Below, piece by piece: positions 28,838-38,989 of a DNA stretch of 64,000 nucleotides. The stretch is from assembly GCA_963845065.1 (NCBI GenBank), contig CAWJQQ010000009.1, forward strand, positions 960,001-1,024,000, in the 5' to 3' direction. The notes below the pieces were generated by a model. It had not been told where the DNA came from. It ran no database searches and worked only from the letters and a program-made list of their open reading frames with translations. Positions within the stretch are counted from its first letter, which is position 1; each line of letters opens with the position of its first letter. Made by a program: the position numbers and the translations under genes. This DNA is from Nitrospirota bacterium. GTDB lineage: Bacteria > Nitrospirota > UBA9217.

Positions 28838-30406
28838 ATGCTTCACTCTTTTATAACCCAGATAGCACGTCTCAAACCCGATTCTGTCGCGGTCATCCAG
28901 GGGACGCGACAGGTGTCCTATCTCGAGCTTGAGCAGAACATTGCGAGGATTGCGTCATTTCTTTTGCGAAATAGCATTTCGAAGGGAGACCGCGTCGGAA
29001 TCCTCAGCAAGAACTCAGCCGCCTATATAGCCGCATACATAGGCATACAGCGGGCGGGGGGAATATCCGTTGACATCAACTTTCAGGATTCTCCGCATGA
29101 GATCAAAACAATAATCAACCATTGTGCCATTTCGGTACTGATCGTCGAGCATACTTATGCCTCTATCGCAGCCGAGGCAACCAGGGAAACGCCGTCAATC
29201 CGCATGATGATTGAAATTGGGAAATTACCGGTCGGCTCAACGGGGTTAAGGGAGAAGCTTCCTTCACATATACGGTATGCGACGTGGGGCGAAATCCAGG
29301 GACAGGGAGGCGACAACGATTCGCCTGCCATGTTAACCGGAACGGACATCGCGTCTATTGTTTATACGTCAGGCACGACCGGCAAGCCAAAAGGCGTAAT
29401 GCTGTCCCATGACAATTACCTGGCGAATGCCCGATCGATTATTGAGTATCTGCGGCTCACCGAAATGGACAAGGTCATGGTCGTTCTGCCCTTCTGCTAT
29501 TCGTATGGGAAATCGCTGCTCACTACCCATTTACTGGCAGGCGGGACATTGGTGCTTGAAAACAGCTTCATGTACCCCAATTCAGTGTTCGACAAGATGA
29601 TCGAAGAGGGTGTCACCGGCTTTGCTGGTGTGCCGTCGACATTCGCCATCATGCTCAACCGCTCGAACATCAGGAATTACCAGTTCCCGAACCTGCGGTA
29701 TGTGACCCAGGCGGGCGGCGCGATGTCGCCGCAGCACGCGCGGGAGCTTTCCCTCATCTTGCCGCATACCCAGGTCTATATCATGTATGGACAGACTGAG
29801 GCGACTGCTCGGCTGACCTACCTTGAGCCGGAGTGCCTTCTGAAGCGGCCCGGTTCGATCGGGAAAGCCATCCCGGGAGTAGAGATCGACATCGTCGGCG
29901 AAGAAGGAGGGTCGGTGGGCAACGGCCAGGAAGGTGAAATCGTCGCACATGGAAAAAACATCATGGTAGGCTACTGGAACGACCCTGAGCAGACGAACAA
30001 GGTGTTGAGGGAAGGTAGACTTTATACTGGCGATATCGGCAGGAAGGACGAGGATGGTTATCTCTATATTGTTGGACGCCGGAGCGACATGATCAAAAGC
30101 GGTGCCCATCGAATCAGCCCAAAGGAAATTGAAGAGGTTATCCTGGAGCTGCACGAGGTCCATGAGGTCGGCGTTGTAAGCGTCCCTGATGAGATACTCG
30201 GCGAGGCGATACGGGCCGTTATCGTGCTGAAAGAGGGTTATGCACAGGACGCAAAAAAGGTCCAGCGACACTGCCAGACAAAACTTGCATCTTTCAAGAT
30301 CCCTAAGGAAGTTGTATTTACCGACGAGCTGCCGAAAACCAGCTCGGGGAAAATACGAAAATTTCTGCTAAAAGAACAGAATTTGACGGGCGAAGCCATA
30401 CGCTAA
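28838..30406 (+). CDS. Acyl-CoA/acyl-ACP ligase (AMP-forming)
   Basis: YTSGTTGKPKG, YGQTE, TGD, GRRSDMIKSG, PKTSSGK. ORF track start is 28778. Confidence 0.92.
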   Translation: MLHSFITQIARLKPDSVAVIQGTRQVSYLELEQNIARIASFLLRNSISKGDRVGILSKNSAAYIAAYIGIQRAGGISVDINFQDSPHEIKTIINHCAISVLIVEHTYASIAAEATRETPSIRMMIEIGKLPVGSTGLREKLPSHIRYATWGEIQGQGGDNDSPAMLTGTDIASIVYTSGTTGKPKGVMLSHDNYLANARSIIEYLRLTEMDKVMVVLPFCYSYGKSLLTTHLLAGGTLVLENSFMYPNSVFDKMIEEGVTGFAGVPSTFAIMLNRSNIRNYQFPNLRYVTQAGGAMSPQHARELSLILPHTQVYIMYGQTEATARLTYLEPECLLKRPGSIGKAIPGVEIDIVGEEGGSVGNGQEGEIVAHGKNIMVGYWNDPEQTNKVLREGRLYTGDIGRKDEDGYLYIVGRRSDMIKSGAHRISPKEIEEVILELHEVHEVGVVSVPDEILGEAIRAVIVLKEGYAQDAKKVQRHCQTKLASFKIPKEVVFTDELPKTSSGKIRKFLLKEQNLTGEAIR

Positions 30407-30422
30407 ATCGACGGAGTTAGCA

Positions 30423-31436
30423 ATGAGAATCTGCTCACAGTGCATATTGCCGGAAACCTTTCCCGGAATCAGCTTGAACGCCGAAGGGCTGTGCAGCCAT
30501 TGCCAGCAGTTCGTCAGGAAGAAAGATCGGCTCGCGGATTTAAAAAAGGAGTACGAACAGAGATTTATCGATTTGGTGAATCAGGTTGTGCACCAGTCCG
30601 GCCGCGCCGGTCAGCGCGCCTATGACGTCCTTATGGCATACAGTGGCGGCAAAGACTCGACTTACACCATGAGTCTGCTCAGGAACAAGTACAAACTTAG
30701 GGTTTTGGCAATGAGCCTCGACAACGGATTCGTATCCCCAGCGGCGATCACGAACATCAAGAACGTGACTGATAGCCTCGGTATCGATTTTGTATTCTTC
30801 AAGCCGCGGTGGGATCTTTTAAAAAAGATCTTTTCGACGGCGGCGGAGCGGGAGCTGTATGCCAAAAAGACACTGGAGCGGGCGAGCACCATATGCACCT
30901 CCTGTATTGGCCTCGTGAAGTCGTTGTGCCTGAAAATGGCTGTGGAACAGGAGATCCCGATGATCGCGTTCGGATGGTCCCCAGGCCAGGCGCCGGTGGA
31001 AGCATCGATCATGAAGAATAATCCCTCACTTGTGAGAATGGCCCAGCAGGCGATCCTTGGCCCCCTTCGCGAAGTGGCCGGTGGGGAGATTGAAACGTAT
31101 TTCCTCAAGGAGAGACACTATTCAAATCCGGATCTCTTTCCCTACAATGTTCATCCCATGGCGTGGGAGTTCTATAATGAAGAAATGATCATACAAGATA
31201 TACAGAAATTCGGATGGATGCCTCCGGAGGACACAGACAGCAACTCAAGTAACTGTCTGCTAAACGCATATGCAAACGACCTTCATGTGAAACGCTATCA
31301 GTTCCATCCCTATGTTTGGGAGATCGCCAATATGGTGCGGGAAGGGGTCATGACGCGGGAAGAAGGCTACCAAAAAATTTATGCGAAGCAAGACGACAAT
31401 CTGGTCTATGCGGCGCAGGAAAGACTGGCACGCTGA
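30423..31436 (+). CDS. PP-loop ATP pyrophosphatase, N-acetyl-sugar amidotransferase-like
   Basis: N-terminal CxxC...CxxC, SGGKDS PP-loop, internal CTSC. Confidence 0.75.
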   Translation: MRICSQCILPETFPGISLNAEGLCSHCQQFVRKKDRLADLKKEYEQRFIDLVNQVVHQSGRAGQRAYDVLMAYSGGKDSTYTMSLLRNKYKLRVLAMSLDNGFVSPAAITNIKNVTDSLGIDFVFFKPRWDLLKKIFSTAAERELYAKKTLERASTICTSCIGLVKSLCLKMAVEQEIPMIAFGWSPGQAPVEASIMKNNPSLVRMAQQAILGPLREVAGGEIETYFLKERHYSNPDLFPYNVHPMAWEFYNEEMIIQDIQKFGWMPPEDTDSNSSNCLLNAYANDLHVKRYQFHPYVWEIANMVREGVMTREEGYQKIYAKQDDNLVYAAQERLAR

Positions 31437-32395
31437 TGTCCGAAGTAAAAAAAATCGAGCAGGGGCAAGGTAGCCCTAACACGATCTGGAACGCCCTCAC
31501 CGTCGACGTGGAAGACTACTTCATGGTCTCCGCGTTTGCCGCCGGGATCAAGTTCGAGGACTGGCCCCGCTATGAGTGCAGGGTTGAGCGTAATACCCAC
31601 AGGATACTCGAACTTTTCGCTAAATATGGGGTTAAAGGAACGTTCTTTGTCTTGGGATGGGTCGCAGAAAACTACCCGGCACTGATAAAAGACATCCAGG
31701 CCGCCGGGCACGAAATCGCCAGCCACGGATATAACCACCGGCTGATATATGATTTGACTCAACATGAGTTTCGGGCAGACATTCGGAGAGCCAAAAGGGC
31801 CGTGGAAGATATCACGGGTGTGCCCGTCAATGGATATCGAGCTACGAGCTATTCCATCGTGAAAAAGACGTTCTGGGCCCTGGACATGCTGGTCGAGGAG
31901 GGATTCCGGTACGACTCTAGTATATATCCGATTCACCATGACCGCTACGGCGTTCCCGGGGCCCAACGGTTCGTCCATACGATCCAAACAGGGGCAGGTG
32001 ATATTTTGGAAATTCCTCCGACTACCTTTAAGCTTTTTGGACAGAACATCCCGGCAGCTGGAGGTGGTTATTTCAGACTCTATCCGCTGCAAGTGACGAA
32101 AGCCATCATCAGACGAATCAATGAGATTGAAAAAAAAACTGCAGTGATTTATATTCATCCATGGGAGATTGATATGGACCAGCCTAGGCTGCAAGGCAGC
32201 CTTTTTTCCAAGTTCAGACATTATGTCAACCTTAAGACCACGGAAGAGAAGCTGGGAGAATGCATGAAGGAATTCAAGTTCAAGCCGATCTCCGAAATTT
32301 TCAATGTTCCAGCGAAAACCTCCTCTCCGGATGAATTGCCTGCAGGGCTAATTATGGACGAGGCTGCAAGGAGAGCGACTGGACGCCATGAATGA
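31436..32395 (+). CDS. Polysaccharide deacetylase, XrtA-system type
   Basis: ALTVDVEDYF, HEIASHG, YDSS, GGGYFRLYP, YIHPWEID. TGATG overlap with the upstream stop. Confidence 0.9.
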   Translation: MSEVKKIEQGQGSPNTIWNALTVDVEDYFMVSAFAAGIKFEDWPRYECRVERNTHRILELFAKYGVKGTFFVLGWVAENYPALIKDIQAAGHEIASHGYNHRLIYDLTQHEFRADIRRAKRAVEDITGVPVNGYRATSYSIVKKTFWALDMLVEEGFRYDSSIYPIHHDRYGVPGAQRFVHTIQTGAGDILEIPPTTFKLFGQNIPAAGGGYFRLYPLQVTKAIIRRINEIEKKTAVIYIHPWEIDMDQPRLQGSLFSKFRHYVNLKTTEEKLGECMKEFKFKPISEIFNVPAKTSSPDELPAGLIMDEAARRATGRHE

Positions 32396-33476
32396 TTATC
32401 GTGCTGTCCTGATCAGTTCGATGGACCAGTGGGTTGAGACGCGAGCAGCATGGAACGGATTGCTCAGCCAATCAACTGCAAACACAATTTTTCTTACGTG
32501 GGAATGGCTTTTCGCCTGGGGGGAAAACTTCCTCAGCTCAGGCAGGTCCTTATTCATCGTCATGGTGTATAAGACTGATGAACTCGTAGGTATAGCGCCG
32601 TGGTACGTTCAGCGTCTCCGGCGAGGAGCTTTGACCGTTAAACAGATTCAGTTTCTTGGGGCGCCGGATGCGGGCTCTGACTATCTAGACGTGATTATCA
32701 AAAAAGGGCAGGAACAGAAAGTTGCGAATTTTTTGCATGAATTTCTTCTTACGGAAGCCCGGGGCCGATGGGACGCCTGCATGCTCGAAGACCTGCCCTC
32801 AAATTCTTTGTTCCTCCTGTATTTTCTGAATACCATCGAGGACGCCGGCAAATACGCGGAAATCCGGCCCTGCTCGTTCTGCCCCACCCTAGTGCTCCCG
32901 AAAAAGGGCGAAGACTTGTTCTCCGTCTATTCTGCAAACCGAAGACAGCAATACCGGCGCCATCTAAAGCTCCTCAGGAATGAAGGAGAACTACAGCATG
33001 AAATTTTCACGGGAGATCGCATCGGCGACGCTTTCGGAGCCTTTTGCACTCTCTACGAAACAAAGAACGAAAACCATGACAAAACCGTCAGGTCGTTCCT
33101 GTCAAAATATGCGTCACGGTGCGGCATTGAGCAGGCAATGCGAGTCGACATGTTCTCGTCGAATGGAAAGTTGGTTGGGGGACTTCTTCATTTGAAGCAC
33201 CAGGACACCTTGGGAATGTATCTTATGGCGGTTGATAAACAGTATCAACCGCACATCAGTCTCGGGAACATATTTGTCGGCATGTGTTTAAGCAGTGCCA
33301 TAGAGGACGGTGTCGCCGTCTACGACTTCCTAAAGGGGACTGAGCCGTACAAGTTCCATTGGACAGACTCAGGGCGAACTTCCGTCACGCTTTCATATTA
33401 TCAAAAGAACGTGGCATCGCTCCTTATGGTAGCGGAGAAGTTCCTGAGATATACGGCAAAGGTCTTGTTGCGCTAG
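32388..33476 (+). CDS. GNAT-family acyltransferase (CelD/BcsL-like)
   Basis: FLTWEWL..W, SDYLD, YDFLKGTEPYKFHW. Confidence 0.8.
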   Translation: MNDYRAVLISSMDQWVETRAAWNGLLSQSTANTIFLTWEWLFAWGENFLSSGRSLFIVMVYKTDELVGIAPWYVQRLRRGALTVKQIQFLGAPDAGSDYLDVIIKKGQEQKVANFLHEFLLTEARGRWDACMLEDLPSNSLFLLYFLNTIEDAGKYAEIRPCSFCPTLVLPKKGEDLFSVYSANRRQQYRRHLKLLRNEGELQHEIFTGDRIGDAFGAFCTLYETKNENHDKTVRSFLSKYASRCGIEQAMRVDMFSSNGKLVGGLLHLKHQDTLGMYLMAVDKQYQPHISLGNIFVGMCLSSAIEDGVAVYDFLKGTEPYKFHWTDSGRTSVTLSYYQKNVASLLMVAEKFLRYTAKVLLR

Positions 33477-33533
33477 GGACGGTCATCTGAACCTTGCACA
33501 CCACGGGCTGACAGTTTCCTCTGGACTAATACC

Positions 33534-34568
33534 ATGACAATCCGATTCTATACAGGACAGGACAAAAAAGCCTGGGATGACTATGTCATGCGATCGAACA
33601 ACGCCCGGTGTTATCACCTGACTGGATGGAAAGATGTCATCGAGCAGAGCTTCGGCCATACCACTTGGTATCTTCTCTCCGAAGATGAACGCGGAGCAAT
33701 CAACGGGATCCTTCCGCTCGTGCAGTTAAAAAGCCAGCTCTTCGGTAATTTTGCCGTCTCCCTTCCGTATTTCAACTATGGCGGTCTCTGTGCGGACAAC
33801 GCTGAAATCGGCGCTCAGTTGGCTGCGGGCGCCATCAGATGTGCGAAGGAGGAAGGGGTCCAACACATTGAGCTTCGCCATAAAAATCCAATGGAAATCG
33901 GCTGGCAGGTGAAGACGTCCAAGGTCTCCATGTTCCTGCCCCTGCCACCGACCCCAGGCGAACTTTGGGAATCTTTCCCAACGAAGTTGCGAACCCAGGT
34001 GCGGCGACCCTCCAAGGAGGGGATGTCTGCAATGCTAGGCAGGGAAGAACTCCTAGAGGATTTTTATACGGTATTCTCGGTTAACATGAGGGACCTCGGA
34101 ACGCCGGTCTACTCCAAGGGATTTTTCAGGAGCATTCTGCGCGCCTTCCCAGAAACATCATGGATCTGCACCGTGCGCACAAAGGACGGACAGCCCGCGG
34201 CAGCCGGCTTCCTAGTCGGGTTCAAGGAGACCCTGGAGATTCCTTGGGCGTCTTCCCTCAGGCAATATAATCGCATTAGCCCCAATATGCTCTTGTATTG
34301 GACCGTCCTCAGCATGGGATGTGAGAAGGGATATGGGTCATTCGACTTCGGCCGCTCTACACCAGGCGAGGGGACGTTCCGCTTTAAAGAACAATGGGGG
34401 GCAAAGCCGATCCAGCTTTATTGGCACTATTGGATGAAAAACGGACAGAAACCGCCAGAGTTGAATCCCCATAATCCTAAATATCGTCTGGCAATTAATA
34501 TCTGGAAGCGGCTGCCGGTCAGTGTAACGAGACTGATCGGTCCCGCTATTGTTAAAAATCTCCCTTAA
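33534..34568 (+). CDS. FemAB-like protein, XrtA/PEP-CTERM-system type
   Basis: SLPYFNYGG, NMRDLGTPV, FDFGRS, FKEQWGA. Confidence 0.9.
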   Translation: MTIRFYTGQDKKAWDDYVMRSNNARCYHLTGWKDVIEQSFGHTTWYLLSEDERGAINGILPLVQLKSQLFGNFAVSLPYFNYGGLCADNAEIGAQLAAGAIRCAKEEGVQHIELRHKNPMEIGWQVKTSKVSMFLPLPPTPGELWESFPTKLRTQVRRPSKEGMSAMLGREELLEDFYTVFSVNMRDLGTPVYSKGFFRSILRAFPETSWICTVRTKDGQPAAAGFLVGFKETLEIPWASSLRQYNRISPNMLLYWTVLSMGCEKGYGSFDFGRSTPGEGTFRFKEQWGAKPIQLYWHYWMKNGQKPPELNPHNPKYRLAINIWKRLPVSVTRLIGPAIVKNLP

Positions 34569-34648
34569 TATTTTGAATACACAGCAACCTTTGATCCATC
34601 AGTCACGAGAGATCAAAACATGAAGTCGCCTGGAAACCTTCGTACTCT

Positions 34649-35908
34649 ATGAAAATACAACGCACCTTACCTCCGACTGCAGCTCCTCTAAAAATGACGG
34701 ACATCGTCAATGGCCTGAGAGGTCTAATAAAGCCCGAGCGCTGCAGACAGGACCTTCAGCAGGAGTTGAGGGATTATTTCAGCGTGAAACACGTTTATCT
34801 CCTTTCATCTGGAAAAGCAGCGCTTACAGTGATCCTCCTTGCTCTGAAAGCCCTGTCACCAAATAGACGACGGGTTGTTATCCCGGCTTACACATGCTTC
34901 TCTGTGCCATCAGCGATCGTAAAAACAGGGCTCGACGTCGCCCTGTGTGATATGAATCCCGCTCGTTATGACTACGACTATCAGTATATGCACGACGCCG
35001 TGGACAGGAACACGCTCTGCGTCATTTCGGGGAATCTGTTCGGGATTCCGTCGGATGTTTCAAAAATTATCGAGATCTGCAGGGAAAGAGGAGCCTATGT
35101 CGTGGAGGATGCGGCGCAGGCAATGGGTTGCACTTACAATGAACGGCTGATCGGAACAATTGCGGACGTGGGTTTTTACAGCCTGGGGCGAGGGAAAAAC
35201 ATAACCTGCGGGGCTGGCGGCATCATTGTCACGAATTCAGATGACATCGCTATGGCAATAGACAAAATATACGCAAAGATAGAGGAATCTCGGTTCGTTG
35301 AAGATGCAGCAGAGTTCATAAAAGCAATTTTTATGGCGTTTTTCATCCATCCCTCGCTTTACTGGCTGCCTGCGGGGCTTCCATTTTTAAGGCTTGGAGA
35401 AACGAAATTTTACCGCGATTTTCCCGTAAAACGTCTATCAGCAATCAAGGCCGGCATGATGAGGTACTGGAGGGACAGACTGGGTGAGTACAATCGAACA
35501 CGCACTGAGAATGCTGAATACTACGACAACGCTCTGAAGACGTGCGGCATAGCGCATGACAAATTGCAGCAGGGAGGAGTGACCGCTATAAAAGCATCGC
35601 TCCGATTTCCAGTCTTAGCAGGCGACCGGGAAATGCGGGACCACATCATATCGTATGCGTCGGGTCGGGGATTGGGCATCAGCCGGATGTATCCCACGCC
35701 GATCAACATGATAGAAGAGATAAAGGAAAGCTTTGTAGGACTGACATATCCTGCCGCCGCCGCGATCGCGGATTGCTTGTTTACAGTTCCCATTCACCCT
35801 TTATTGCGCGAAAAGGACAGAAATAAAACCAGCGCACTCCTGTGCGAAATGATCAAGGCGCCAGTATGTTCGAGTGGAAATAGGCAACGACCCGTACCTA
35901 TCGGCTAG
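34649..35908 (+). CDS. DegT/DnrJ/EryC1/StrS-family PLP aminotransferase
   Basis: IPAYTCFSV, VEDAAQA, SLGRGK (PLP Lys). Confidence 0.85.
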   Translation: MKIQRTLPPTAAPLKMTDIVNGLRGLIKPERCRQDLQQELRDYFSVKHVYLLSSGKAALTVILLALKALSPNRRRVVIPAYTCFSVPSAIVKTGLDVALCDMNPARYDYDYQYMHDAVDRNTLCVISGNLFGIPSDVSKIIEICRERGAYVVEDAAQAMGCTYNERLIGTIADVGFYSLGRGKNITCGAGGIIVTNSDDIAMAIDKIYAKIEESRFVEDAAEFIKAIFMAFFIHPSLYWLPAGLPFLRLGETKFYRDFPVKRLSAIKAGMMRYWRDRLGEYNRTRTENAEYYDNALKTCGIAHDKLQQGGVTAIKASLRFPVLAGDREMRDHIISYASGRGLGISRMYPTPINMIEEIKESFVGLTYPAAAAIADCLFTVPIHPLLREKDRNKTSALLCEMIKAPVCSSGNRQRPVPIG

Positions 35909-35922
35909 CGTTTAAATCGAAG

Positions 35923-36762
35923 ATGCCTGCTATGGATAAGAAAATTGTTCTCAAGTTTTTCTGTGTTGTCTGCCTGCTTGTAATGTCGTTTAGCTCCCAT
36001 GAAGGAGGAGCCATGACCCAGGAAACAGTCTCTCTCGAATCAGTCAAGAACATCCCGGAGTCTCAATGGCATAAGTTGGCCGGTAAGAAGATCTTTTTTG
36101 GTCACCAGTCGGTTGGCTATAACATCGTGGACGGCATAAAGACGATCGAGGAGCAGGTGCCCGGGATTAAACTCAATATTGTTGAAATCAAAAGTGTTTC
36201 GGACATGAACGGCGCGGAGTTTGCTCATTCCAGCATCGGCGAAAACGGAGATCCCAATTCGAAAATGCAGGCATTCACCGATTTTGTGCAAGGTGGAATT
36301 GGCGCTAAAGCGGATATTGTTTTTTTCAAGTTTTGCTATGTAGACATAAATGCTTATAGCGACATTGATAAAATATTCATCGAGTATAAAAAAACTATGG
36401 AGCAATTGGAGAAAAAATATCCCCGTATGATATTCATTCATGCGACGGTGCCCCTCACCGAATCTAAAACGACGGTGCGGAGCATCATAAAGGCTTTTCT
36501 GGGGAAGGAAGACCATAACATTAAACGCAATCGGTTCAATGATATGCTGAGGAAGGAGTATAAGGGAAAAGAACCCTTGTTTGACATCGCGCAGGCAGAG
36601 TCAACCCACCCTGACGGTACGAGATCAACATTCACGAAAAATGGAACGACCTACTATTCCCTTGCAAGTGAATATACGGATGACGGCGGACATCTGAACG
36701 ATCTCGGGCAGCAGGCAGTGGCGCAGGACTTATTGATTCTGCTTGTGAAACTCGCCAGGTGA
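35923..36762 (+). CDS. Secreted protein, possible SGNH-like hydrolase/acyltransferase
   Basis: Signal peptide; FGHQSVG and DDGGHLN resemble SGNH blocks I and V. Confidence 0.55.
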   Translation: MPAMDKKIVLKFFCVVCLLVMSFSSHEGGAMTQETVSLESVKNIPESQWHKLAGKKIFFGHQSVGYNIVDGIKTIEEQVPGIKLNIVEIKSVSDMNGAEFAHSSIGENGDPNSKMQAFTDFVQGGIGAKADIVFFKFCYVDINAYSDIDKIFIEYKKTMEQLEKKYPRMIFIHATVPLTESKTTVRSIIKAFLGKEDHNIKRNRFNDMLRKEYKGKEPLFDIAQAESTHPDGTRSTFTKNGTTYYSLASEYTDDGGHLNDLGQQAVAQDLLILLVKLAR

Positions 36763-36769
36763 TGTTATT

Positions 36770-37747
36770 ATGTCAAATTCCGCACTTAATGCCATAAGAC
36801 GCACGGTGGCGCCGGGTTTGCATCATCTGTCACTCATATCCGGCATGTCCAGATATAAAACGTTCGGAAGTCCGGCTGCGCGAGTAATCATGTTCCACGG
36901 GGTTGGAGGGTCTGATTGCCCGGCAGACATCTTCGAGTCACAGATGAGATATCTGAAGGCGAATTTTAATGTTGTTTCCCTCCGGGAAGCTTTAACGATA
37001 TTCGATGATTCCTTGCGGAAATTTAGCACGGAAATCGTATTGACCTTTGACGACGGATTACAAAATAATTTTACGATCGCTTATCCGATTCTCCTCCGTT
37101 ATGAATTACCTGCGACATTCTTCGTCTGTCCTGGCCTCATTGAGACACGAACTTGGCAGTGGGCGCATGAAATGGAGCAAAGGCTAATAGGGTGCAAGCG
37201 CGACAATTTGCAAAAAATCTTCGATAAAATCGGGATTAGCAAGCGGGAAAGCGAGGGCAATCGCGACAGCGACGTAACGGAAAAAATAATAGAGCTCATG
37301 AAATCAATGGAAAATGGCCGTCGAATAGGCACCGAGAGTTTCATTCGTTCGTTGACGCAGAACTTCGAGACGGCCAAGCGCCAGCATGACCTGTATGACA
37401 CCATGAGCTGGGACGAACTCCACTCTATGGATCCCGAATTAATTACCATCGGATCTCATACGGTCCATCATCAGATGTTGACGAGAGTGCCGAATGAGGA
37501 GATGCACTATCAAATTCAGGAGAGCAAACAATGGCTGGAGCGAAGGCTTAATAGGCCCGTGGATTTTTTTTGCTATCCGAATGGAGACTACGATACACCT
37601 ATAGCGCATGTAGTCGCTCAGAATTACAAAGCGGCAGTGACAACGAAGTCCGGATACTTTAATAAAGGGGATGATGTATATCAAATCAACAGAATCCCGG
37701 CCGCTGACAAATTGCCGCTGTTTGCGTGGAGGATGTTTCGTCCCTAG
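36770..37747 (+). CDS. Polysaccharide deacetylase (NodB-like)
   Basis: LTFDDG, GSHTVHH, FCYPNG. Confidence 0.88.
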   Translation: MSNSALNAIRRTVAPGLHHLSLISGMSRYKTFGSPAARVIMFHGVGGSDCPADIFESQMRYLKANFNVVSLREALTIFDDSLRKFSTEIVLTFDDGLQNNFTIAYPILLRYELPATFFVCPGLIETRTWQWAHEMEQRLIGCKRDNLQKIFDKIGISKRESEGNRDSDVTEKIIELMKSMENGRRIGTESFIRSLTQNFETAKRQHDLYDTMSWDELHSMDPELITIGSHTVHHQMLTRVPNEEMHYQIQESKQWLERRLNRPVDFFCYPNGDYDTPIAHVVAQNYKAAVTTKSGYFNKGDDVYQINRIPAADKLPLFAWRMFRP

Positions 37748-37786
37748 GAATGCCTCTGCAAACTTAATATTACTGAGTGAAACCTC

Positions 37787-38425
37787 ATGATGATAGATAA
37801 AATAAAAAACCTTACGAAAAGGATCATTGAAAGTCCCGCGGATGTTCTGTCCTACGCAACAGGATTTTTCCGGGGACTCGGCTATTTGTTTTATTATAAC
37901 ATTATCAAAAACAATGTTAGGATCGGGTTCCCATTTATCGTAAATGCGAAGGTGAGAATCATCGGTCCTGGTACGGTAACCATTGGTAATGGTTGCACCG
38001 TTATGAAAAATGCTTTTAAGGGGTTGACGATCATTACGTTTTCCCGTGGTGCCAGTGTAACAATAGGAAACAAATGCCTGCTAGGCGGCACAACCATACG
38101 GTGTCATGGAGCGGTTGTAATAGGTGATAGGACGATGACGGCAATTTGCCTCATACAGGACTCGTTTCTTGTGACCCAGAGCAGAAGCAGCGAAGAAGTT
38201 AATAATCGTATACCTCATCCGCAGAGTATTGCCATTGGGAGAAACGTATGGTTGGGAGAGGCCAGTTTTGTCATGAGCGGCAGCACGATCGGTGACGACT
38301 GCGTCCTTTCATCGGGAGCATGGTGCCATGACGCAGCATATCCAGACTACGTCCTCATCATGGGAAGTCCGGCGCGAAGCGCAATACCGATCGATAAACT
38401 GTTGCGACTGAAAGGAGAGCTATGA
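37787..38425 (+). CDS. Left-handed beta-helix acyltransferase
   Basis: Hexapeptide repeats (IGNGC, IGNKC, IGRNVWLG, IGDDC) and GSPAR. Confidence 0.8.
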   Translation: MMIDKIKNLTKRIIESPADVLSYATGFFRGLGYLFYYNIIKNNVRIGFPFIVNAKVRIIGPGTVTIGNGCTVMKNAFKGLTIITFSRGASVTIGNKCLLGGTTIRCHGAVVIGDRTMTAICLIQDSFLVTQSRSSEEVNNRIPHPQSIAIGRNVWLGEASFVMSGSTIGDDCVLSSGAWCHDAAYPDYVLIMGSPARSAIPIDKLLRLKGEL

Positions 38426-38973
38426 AGGATTTTCTGGCGCTCTTGAGGGGCCGCATTTTATTTATTCTATGCAGGTTAAGGGGTATGAACATTACAATAG
38501 GCCAAGGCCTGCGAATATATAAAAGGGTTAGTATCTCGGGACCCGGGAGAATTGAAATCGGGAAGAATTGCGTCATGGCTGGAATACGGGGTGATTCGAG
38601 TCAGTATGTTTGCCTTGAAACGCTCAATTCGTCATCAGTCATTCAAATAGGCGATAATGCGTCCTTATATGCAGCAAGAATTGCGGCAAAATTTCGAATC
38701 GTTGTCGGAAACGACGTTTTGATCGAGGAAGCGGGCATGATGGACACTGATTATCATACGATTGCTAAAAATCGGGAAACACCGACTAGTGAAAATGAGG
38801 ATAAGTGCCGTGTAACGGTAGGAAATCGCGTTTGCATGGGTGCGCGCAGCTCTATTCTAAAAGGTACGACCATCGGAGACGATGTCATAATTGCCCCGGG
38901 ATCAATCGTAACTATGTCCTTGAAACCTGGAAGTACGGTTGCGGGAAACCCGGCGAGAATACTATCCACATAG
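38422..38973 (+). CDS. Left-handed beta-helix acyltransferase
   Basis: Hexapeptide repeats, DTDYH, VAGNPARI. Confidence 0.85.
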   Translation: MKDFLALLRGRILFILCRLRGMNITIGQGLRIYKRVSISGPGRIEIGKNCVMAGIRGDSSQYVCLETLNSSSVIQIGDNASLYAARIAAKFRIVVGNDVLIEEAGMMDTDYHTIAKNRETPTSENEDKCRVTVGNRVCMGARSSILKGTTIGDDVIIAPGSIVTMSLKPGSTVAGNPARILST

Positions 38974-38989
38974 GGAAGAGCTTTATACA

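Noticed and set aside
26790..30406. NRPS/PKS secondary-metabolite cluster
   Set aside because: No condensation or ketosynthase domains; the context is polysaccharide modification.
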